From the NCBI GenBank assembly GCA_004022145.1, contig RCNU01000003.1: a stretch of DNA of 21,875 bases. The stretch is one strand, 5' to 3'. Positions 13,274-21,875 of this stretch are shown piece after piece. The stretch is from Paecilomyces variotii. Taxonomy: Eukaryota. Numbering within the stretch: position 1 is the stretch's first letter; each line of letters starts with the position of its first letter. Under the pieces are notes generated by a model. The model was given only the letters and a program-made list of their open reading frames with translations, did no database searches and was not told the origin of the DNA. Made by a program: the position numbers and the translations under genes.

Positions 13274-13900
13274 GGCTCCGGGCGAGGACTCGGGTGCAAA
13301 AAGATGCAAGCCCACGGTTCCTTGGGGAAGTGTTGGTCTTAGCTAAGCAGCTTAACCGACAATCTATTGGCACACATCCAGCAACCCGGAGCGCTAGCTT
13401 TTGGCTTTCAGCTTTGGTGAAAAATAGCGAGTCTGAGTGGATCAGATGAACCCCGCTCAGGCAAATCTTCCAGATCTTCACCCTACTGGGACTATGGTAG
13501 AATTACTGCTTTGCAGATGGCGAAGGCCTCGGAATTTAAGATTAATTGGTTGAATGGACCGGTATGCGGGATATCTCTATCATTTATTGAATCAAAAACA
13601 GAAAAGAACAAAACGAAGAGGCCACTCGGCCGAGCCGTTGTGTGAAATCTGTTCTCGATGGCAATAATATCAAACAAGGCAATCTCAACTCATAACAAAA
13701 TACGCTAAACCAGTTTGAAGCCGTGTGTCAAAATGTCAACCCTAGCATCTATACAGCATGCACGATACAACTGAGGCCTCCCGAAAGAAGAGATCGACCA
13801 GGGCACCTGAATCTCGTATTGAAGGATCTGGCTGGAGGATTCCAACCAAGACGTCCACTTCACATCATCAAGTAGCCCAAAAGCACGCTCTTGTCCCATT

Positions 13901-16792
13901 TCACTGTCGCAGTAGATGGAAAAATATCGTCAACCGCTCGTATTCTATGTCAGTACCTGGTGGCCCATTTCTTGAAACGGTTCTAGAAGGGCCGGCAACG
14001 ACTTCCAGGTCAACTCGAGTAACACCCCTGTTGAGGCGTACTTCATAGACAGGAGCGCTAGAACCAGGAGGCCGGGTGTGCACTGGCAAAGGAATCTTCT
14101 GGCTACCAACAGATGCCACAAGTTTAATCTGTCGTTGAGGTGTCTCTTCCACGGTCGTAGGACGTATCAAGAGGTAATTATGAGTCGAAGGAAGATTTAT
14201 CGTTATCGATTGTTGTAACCCGACGGCGGAAGGGGGTATGTCCAGTTTGAGAGCTTTGCGAAGCTCTAGGCTCGGGTGAGTAAATACAGAGACATTTGTG
14301 AGAAGAGCATTTGCGAGACCTAGGATAGTCAGCCAAAGGAGCCGCAGCCAATCCAGTTGATAACTTACTTCGATCTCGTCCTTCCCAGATGCTATCGAAT
14401 GATACATTCTGTGGTACCTTAAGATACGCAGGTTGGTCAACAGGAATAGATGGGCTGCCAGTCACATTGGGCGGGGCAAGATCCGGAGGCGACAGCACTG
14501 TTGACTGAGAGGCCAGCGGTATCGTGGTTCCGGCCGCGGGTCGCATGGACTCTTGACTGTCTTCACGAGACTGGACGGCAGCCAGGTTGGGTGAGGCGAC
14601 TGCTTGTCCCTCGCTTTTGACAGCTGTCGTGGTAGAGCGTGCAGGAGAAGGCGCAGAGCTGCTCCCTCTACGCTCGGGTGGAATCTGGAACCTAGCACCT
14701 AGCTTTGGACTGCCATTTCTCCTCAGATTCCTGGTCGATGGTGTCGAGCGAGCATCGATATCTTGCCCATTTGACCCAGCACGGACGAGTTCTTGCTGTC
14801 TCTTCAGTGCTTCGCTGTCTACAGTCACTCCAGGTTGAGTCCTCTCATCTTTTGGTGTGCCATCCGATTTCTGACCAGGGAGCCTCAACGTCAGCCTCTG
14901 CGACGACGAAGACGACGACGGTTCCGGTGTTTTTGTGGTGGCCATCCTTAGCCTGAGACGAGGAGTGCTGCCATCAGTGCCTTCTTGTATACCGTCGGGC
15001 ACGACTCTTTTGGCTTCGGCAACGCGTTTTTTGAAGTAATCCTGAGTTTATTAGACCAAACTGTAGCACAGTCCCACGTAGTTATAAGCCCTACCTCGAG
15101 TATACCGGCGTAGTTGAAGATTTCGCTGCCGTCTTCATTGAAGTCCCGCGCATTGCGCCATATATATTCCATTTCCTCTTCGAACGATAACCATGTGGGG
15201 AAGGCGGTTGTCCTTGGACCAGTCTTCCTGCCATCCGTACCGCGGGCCTGCCTTTGTATAGTTCTCAACGAGACAGGATGTTGGATGATCTCATAATAAT
15301 CTTTGTAGAGGTTGCGGTCAGGTTTATTGACAAAGGGGAGTCCTACTTCGGTGCCTCTGTGAGTTTGTTAGGGGCCGTCAATCAAGCATGTAGAAAGGAA
15401 CCTTGACGGGTGGCAGCTAACTTACTCCGAATCTTTTAGATTGATCAATTCTGAGATGATCTTATCTTGCGCAGTCTGAAGACTGTCGCCTTCGAAGTTC
15501 GTCTGCTGTTTGTCGTCCTTGCCAAAGGCAGCAGAGCTGGAGCGCTGTTTTGATTTCTGCTGCTCATCCGGAGATTCCTTAGGACTGGCATCGGGCTCTG
15601 CTGCCTCTTCATCTCCAGGCGCTTCATCAGGCAACGGGGTAGGGAAAGCGACATATTTCGGGTCCTTGTACGCGGGATTTATCTTTGGCATATTGTTGGA
15701 GAGTATTTTGCGTATCCTCTCGGCATCAGCAAACACCTGAGAGGACTTTTGGTTGTAAACCTTCGCATTGCTAATCATGCGCTTGAGATCGCTTTCCAGG
15801 GCGGTAATTGTGGGATATTCATGGCGCTTCAATTTTTCCTTTTCACGGTGTTAATACAATGAGTGTCATGGAACGAGGAAATGGTGTGAAGAGCATCCAT
15901 CGAAGGTACTATCTCTGTATCCAAGCGGCGTCATGATATTGTAATTACGACTTGTGCTCGCGAGGTCCAGGGAGAGCTCCCAGTCTTGGGCTTGCCGAGA
16001 AAAAATAACTCCACCTACCTCTACTGTATCTATGGCGATTGGGAGTACAATAGTTCGGTAATAATCTGGGTTTTCTTTCTAATAACCATTAAACGACCAT
16101 TCAAGCATCCTGAGGATGTCAACCAAGGAACCACGACGTACTTTATCGGGTAGATGAAGGAAGCTGGTGGTAATTTGACGTCCACTATGCACACGAGAAA
16201 GTTCCTTCATTAGTACCAGAGAAGGCCAGGAAAGGAAGGTCGACGGAAGCGACGAGGAGACATACTTTTTATCTGTGGACTGTTTTATATGGGCAAGCAA
16301 TTTCAGGCCAGCTTCTGTGGTGGTTTGCGGGGTCTCGACGTCAGCGGTAGAATCGTCCTGGCGAGATGGATGCCATTGTCAGCGTCGATGACGGCCTCGA
16401 CTGGAAAAAGATCAAAAGCAAGGCATGATTAGGAACCACCGAGGAGAGTGCCCGTTGAAGACTGCGAGGTCTGCACTTCACGCGTTGCCATCTGGCATTG
16501 CACCGCCGTTCTGATGCAGGTCATCACAAGAAGTGCCAGACGGCGGAACCTCTTGACCTATTCTCGTCCCAGACCGGGGCAAACTAGCAAGTCGCAACCA
16601 GCGGCAGCCACAGCATATTATTGTCGGAGTGATTCCGTCGCGGTCAAGTCAAAGCCCCCAGTTAAGCAAAGGCGTCGCTTTGGGAGAAAGAGGGAGAACA
16701 ATTAATGTACTTACGGAGACTTTCCTCCGCTTTTGCCCATGAACAGACGACTCCGGAGAAGCCACGGGCGCAGCGCGTCGTTTGGAGCTCAT
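13901..16792 (-). CDS. Tandem-bromodomain chromatin-remodelling protein, Rsc4-like (~679 aa)
   Basis: Exons 16792-16715, 16357-16266, 16184-16142, 16078-16019, 15838-15426, 15356-15095, 15041-14369, 14319-13901 (2040 nt, frame-consistent). BD1: FLHLPDKKENPDYYRTIVLPIAIDTVEEKLKRHEY..LESDLKRMISNAKVYNQKSSQVFADA. BD2: PFVNKPDRNLYKDYYEIIQHPVSLRTI..FEEEMEYIWRNARDFNEDGSEIF. N-terminal NLS-like KRRKV and a beta-rich C-terminal domain (YEVRLNRGVTRVDLEVVA). No BAH domain seen, favouring Rsc4 over Rsc1/2. Confidence 0.88.
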
Positions 16793-17149
16793 GGTCCTGC
16801 CAGCTTCCAAACGAAAGATCGCAACGCGCTCGCGACTCACGAATCTCAGAGACAAGGTCTACTCGGTACTTATGAAAGGACGGGGCGATCAGTAACACGT
16901 GGGAACGGGGGATCAGGAATTAAAGGGCGCAAGGAAACCGGGATTGGACCCGGTAGAGAACAGCTTTAGTATATACCATCAAGAATAATAATAATAGCTG
17001 CTAATGTTCTCTGCTTCGTCGCGGGTTCAACCTCTGCAGGCTCAGGTTCGCGACTTGGCCCGCGGGTTCCCAACTCCGTGTGGCGCGGCCGGTGGCTTAA
17101 ACGAGTAAGTATCCGTAGGAACTGCGCCATACTATTTTTCTATCCCCTA

Positions 17150-20100
17150 TCCCTGATGTAATTACTAATTTAATTTAGTCTAAAGCTATTTAAATATTAT
17201 TTATATTACTATAGCTAATTATTTTTTCTCTTATATTAATTTATTTAATTATTTAAATAATTACTATATAATAATAAAATAATAAATTAAAGAATTTTTA
17301 ATAGTAAATTCTTATTATAATAAATTAAATAGTATATTTAATTTAAAACTAAGTTTATATTTTAATATTAATTATATTAAAGTAAAAGTATAATAAGATT
17401 AAATTATTTAAGTTTTATTAAATAAAAGAGTTAATATATAATATAACTAGTATTATAATATAATAGTTTAAACTAATAAATATTATAGGAAAATTATAGA
17501 GAAATAATTAGCTTAATAGAAAAGTTCTTATATTAAGCTAAAGGTATTATAGTTATTATACTCTTAGCTTCTTACTAGAGTATAAGCTTATAAAACTATA
17601 TATTATAGAGAAAACTTATAGTTTTATTACCTTTAAACTTAGCTTATATTTTTTAAAATATTTAAATATATATTTATTATAATATTATTATAATAAGTAA
17701 GCTCTTAGCTTATTATAATTAAGAATATATAAATAATCTTTATAATATAAATATTTTTTTTATTAATAATTAATTAAAGTAATCTTAAGATAATAATTAG
17801 CTTTATAATTTAAGGCTTATAAAATAAATTATATTAAGTTATTAAATAAATAAACTATATCTAGTAAGTCTTTAATATTAAATAAATATTTTAGCTTATT
17901 AAGTATAGTAGAGAAACTTAATTAATCTTATTTAATAAATAAAGCTATTTCTTTAATAAATAGAATAGTTTTTTTAATAAGCTAAATTATTTCTTTAATA
18001 GATTAAATAATTTTAATAGATTAATTAAGCAGTAAGATAAATTAAATAAATTCTTTAAACTAAATAATTTAATTTCTTAAGATAAATTAACTAAGTATTT
18101 TTATAAGTTTAATAAAATTTCTAATCTTTTAAGCTATTAAGTTAATAAAATAAATATATTTTATTACTTAACTTTTAATAATAGCTTTTAATTTTAAGAA
18201 TCTCTAAATCTATAGGTTAAGATTCTCTTTCTTTAAGACTATTTAACTTTAATATTATAACTATTTATTCCTTTTTTTAAAGAGATTTTTTAATTTCTTA
18301 ATTAAGATATTAAGCTTTATTTCTTACTTTTTAAAGTAATATATAATTTAAAAGTTAAACTAAGATAAAAACTTAAATTAATAAGCTTATTATTAGTTTA
18401 ATAGCTTAATTAATATAAAGTATTTTAAATTATAATAGTTTATAATAACTTTAATTAATAATAATATACTTTTAAGCTTAAGATATTATTTTTTAAAGTA
18501 ATAAATAATTACTAGTAATTCTTTATTATAAATCTTATAATTATACTTTATAATAAAAAGCTTTTTAAAAAAAATATAATAAGATATAAGATTTTTTATT
18601 ATTATATTAAGATATAACTTTAGCTAATATATAATTAAATAAATTAGTTTTAATTATAATCTTATAGGTTTAATTAAATAGCTTTAAGATTAAGGCTTAA
18701 ATAAATACTTTTTTTAAGGCTTTAAAACTAAATTAATAGATAAGTATTTAATTAAAAGAAATTTCTTTTTAAGTTAAATTTATAAGTAATATAATTATCT
18801 TAAAAAAGTTATAAATAAACTAATAATAAAAGTTATTAAATTTAATAAAAGCTTATATATTAATTATATAAGTTATAGTCTTCTATTTAATAATTATTTT
18901 TATCTTATTTAAATTTATCTTAATATAGTCTTAGCTAATAATAATATTTAAGAACTTAGTCTTAAGAATAATAAACTTATACTTTTAAATCTTTATATAT
19001 AAGCTTACTTTATATAGCTTCTATAAAATAATATAAATATATTAAATATATTTAAAATAAGTTATACTATATATTAAGATATATTTAAAGTATATAGTAT
19101 AAAAGATATTAAGATAATTTTATAAAATATTATTAATAAACTATTAAAATATTATAAATACTTTAATTAACTTAAATAATATTATTAATAATTTAAATAA
19201 GCTAAATTAAATATAAAAGATAGTTAAATATTTTTATCTTTTCTTAATATAAAAGTTATTAAATATAGAAATAATATTAATCTTTATAAAATATTTTATT
19301 CCTTTTAAATTATTTAAAGTCTCTTTTATTAAAAGTAAAGAATATTAATCTTTAATAGTTATTATATTTAAAGCTTAATAATCTATATAAATTTATATTT
19401 CTTTACTAGGCTTTTTAATAAATAGAATTAAGAATATAATAAGTAAAAAGCTTAAGTAAATAAATTTTTTCTTAGATTTTTTTAATTTATTTCTTTAAGA
19501 CTTTTAATTTATCTTAAAATATAATATATAAGAGTTTAAAGAGAAGTAACTTTTCTTCTAATAGCTTAATATTATAGTTATAAAAATAATATAATAATAA
19601 ATATTTAGCCTCTTTAGAAAAAAAGATATTAATATAATTTTTAAACTTCTTAAGTAATAAATAAATAAAATCTTCTTTTTAAACTTATTTAATCTTTAAA
19701 ATAATATTTAAGTTCTCTAGAGTAATTATAAATATTTAAATATTTTTTTTAATATAAGCAGAATAAGTAGCTAAAGAAATAAAGGCTATATTTTTCTTTT
19801 TTAATCTTTTAAGTCTTAAAAGTAAGTATTAAGATAAAGCTTTTAAAAGAATATTATATAGAGTAAATATTTTAATTAGTTTTAAAAATATATTATAATT
19901 CTTTTAATAATAGTTACTATTAAAAATAATATTATAGATAATAAATTATAAATATAAATTATAATATTTTAGCTAGAGAAATCTTAAAATAATAAGATAA
20001 TATACTAATTAAATAATATAGAATTTAATATCTTTCTTAAAATAATTCTTAATTCTTATATTTATTTAAATATAGTATATAATCTTCTTATCCTCTAATT

Positions 20101-21875
20101 CTTTTTTATTAAATATATATAGAATAATTAGATTTTTTAAAGAAATAAGCTTTAACTTTTAATCTTTAGCTTATTCTTAATTTATAAATCTTTATTCTTT
20201 AGCTTTAATATTAAATAAGGCATAAATTAATAGATAAATCTTCTCTTTTTTTTCTTAATATTATAAGTAGTATTATTAATTTTAATTATTATAAATATTT
20301 CTTAAGGTTAATTTTATAAATAGTAATAGTAAAGATTTAAATAATATATAGTTCTTAAGTTTAGCTATAATTTAATTTAAGCTTATTTTTTTATTAATAA
20401 TTAGCTAAGTAATAAGCTATATAAGTTTAGAAATTAAATTACCTAAGAGATTTAAAGATAAAGTTTATATATAGCTATAATTTAAATCTTCTAATAATTA
20501 TTAAAGTATAAGTAGTCTTTAATATAATATTTTAAAGAATTATAATAAAAATAAATATTAGTCTTATAATATAATAAGCTATATTTTTTTTATTTAAGTA
20601 TTTAAAAGTACTTAAATCTATAAGATTATATAATTATATTAAAGCTAACTTATCTCTCTATATAAGGTTTTTTTAAGGCTAACTATTAACTCTTATAATA
20701 AAGATAAAGCTTAAAATAAGTAAAGAAGATTAAATGCGCTAAATAAATTTTAAAATAATAGTATAAGTTCTTATAATAAAAGATTAGTTTATAATATATT
20801 AATAATAATAGTTTTTTAAGTCTTATAAAAATTTAATAAATTAATAATACTTATAACTTAAAGGCTAATTATATAATAATATTTCTTAAAGTTTTTAATT
20901 AATAGCTTATTTAAATAAGGTAATTTAGTAAATAATATCTCTTTAAATATTTTTTCTTTTAATACTAAGTATTAAAACTTAGTAAAAAATATTTTAAATT
21001 TTTTATTAATTTAATAAAGGTTAAATAATTTATTATATATATTATTTATATAATTAAAGTTATTAAATATATACTTTAAAATATTTAAGATCTTTTAATA
21101 GTTATTAAAAATATAAGTTTTATTCTTAATATAAGGTAATATTTAAATATATAGTATATTTTTTAAGTAATTAATTATATAAGCTATATAGCTTTAAAGA
21201 ATTAAAAATTAATCTTAATATTATAAAATAGCAGTTAGAACTAGTAAGTTCTAGTATAATAAAGATTTTACTTTAAGAAAATCTTTAAGAATAATTTTAC
21301 TTTAGTAAAATTAAGTAGCTTAGAAAAATTATTTTTTAAGCTTTATTTAAAATCTATTACCTTAACTAAAAATATATATATATATTTTATATCTACTATA
21401 TATATTAATACTCTTTTTACTTAAATATTATTAGCCCTTTAAGTTAATTAAATAGTCTAGAGAATTTTATTTAAACTTATTCTTTTTAATTAATTATAAG
21501 CCTAGATTTATAATAACTTAGGAGAAATAACTATATAATAAAGACTATTTTATTTTAAATATTTAAGTTTAAACTAATAGTAATAAGTTATTCTTATATA
21601 AGAGAACTTATAATAAAATTACTTTAGCGTTATATTAAGTATTAAATCTAATAAGAATTAAATCTTATTAAAGATTAAAATATTAACTTATTATTATTAT
21701 ATCTTTAATAAATAGTATAAAAAAAAACCTATTTTTATATTTTTAAAAAAACTATAAGAAGTAGTTTATTTATATAAAAAGATAGCTTATTAGTAAAGAT
21801 TATTAAAGAGCTATTAAGTTTATTAAAAAGCTATATAATAATTAGTTTAATAAAGCTAATATAGCTATATAGTAT
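17150..21875. repeat. AT-rich, RIP-saturated block (relic repeats/transposons; probable constitutive heterochromatin), extends beyond window
   Basis: No ORF of 60 aa or more in any frame. Hand counts give 8/60 (17161-17220) and 11/60 (19741-19800) G+C. TpA is very abundant, CpA/TpG/CpG are nearly absent, and the remaining C/G sit almost all in CT/AG (AGCT, CTT, TAG). The ancestral element family is not recognisable by eye. Confidence 0.9.

Noticed and set aside
16378..16527. C-box-like GTGATGA in Rsc4-like intron 1 suggesting a C/D snoRNA
   Set aside because: The only downstream CTGA overlaps the branch point; no terminal stem or recognisable rRNA guide.
17156..17200. ATGTAATTA at the AT-block edge as a RIP-mutated Fot1/pogo TIR (ACGTAATCA) or an LTR start (TGT)
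   Set aside because: No preceding TA target site and no convincing partner repeat in the window; short matches are expected by chance at ~85% AT.
17726..17740. TATATAAATAATCTT as a de-RIPed YVDDL reverse-transcriptase motif
   Set aside because: Flanking residues do not fit RT context and such strings arise often in A/T-only sequence; needs deRIP plus profile search.
17150..21875. AT block as mitochondrial insertion, contamination, satellite or CRISPR-like array
   Set aside because: No tRNA/rRNA/OXPHOS motifs and no periodic repeat unit; selective loss of CpA/TpG/CpG with CpT/ApG retained points to RIP.

Overview
Eukaryotic, intron-rich DNA from a filamentous ascomycete (Eurotiomycetes-like; GT-AG introns with CTRAY branch sites). 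Bases 1-~17150 are gene-dense euchromatin: (-) a Zn(II)2Cys6 transcription factor running off the left edge; (+) an uncharacterised ~774-aa protein whose conserved domain appears split by a long Trp-spaced disordered insert; (-) a decayed fungal HNH-endonuclease pseudogene that the ORF track largely misses; (-) a GPALPP1/DUF3752 protein; (-) the ribosome-associated Hsp70 SSB (8 exons, 614 aa); (-) a tandem-bromodomain Rsc4-like protein (8 exons, ~679 aa). At ~17150, only ~360 bp upstream of that gene's ATG, the sequence switches abruptly to >4.7 kb of ORF-free, ~85% AT DNA with almost no CpA/TpG/CpG, the signature of saturating RIP on old repeats (heterochromatin, possibly a centromere edge). 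All exon structures were derived by hand and no database searches were run.
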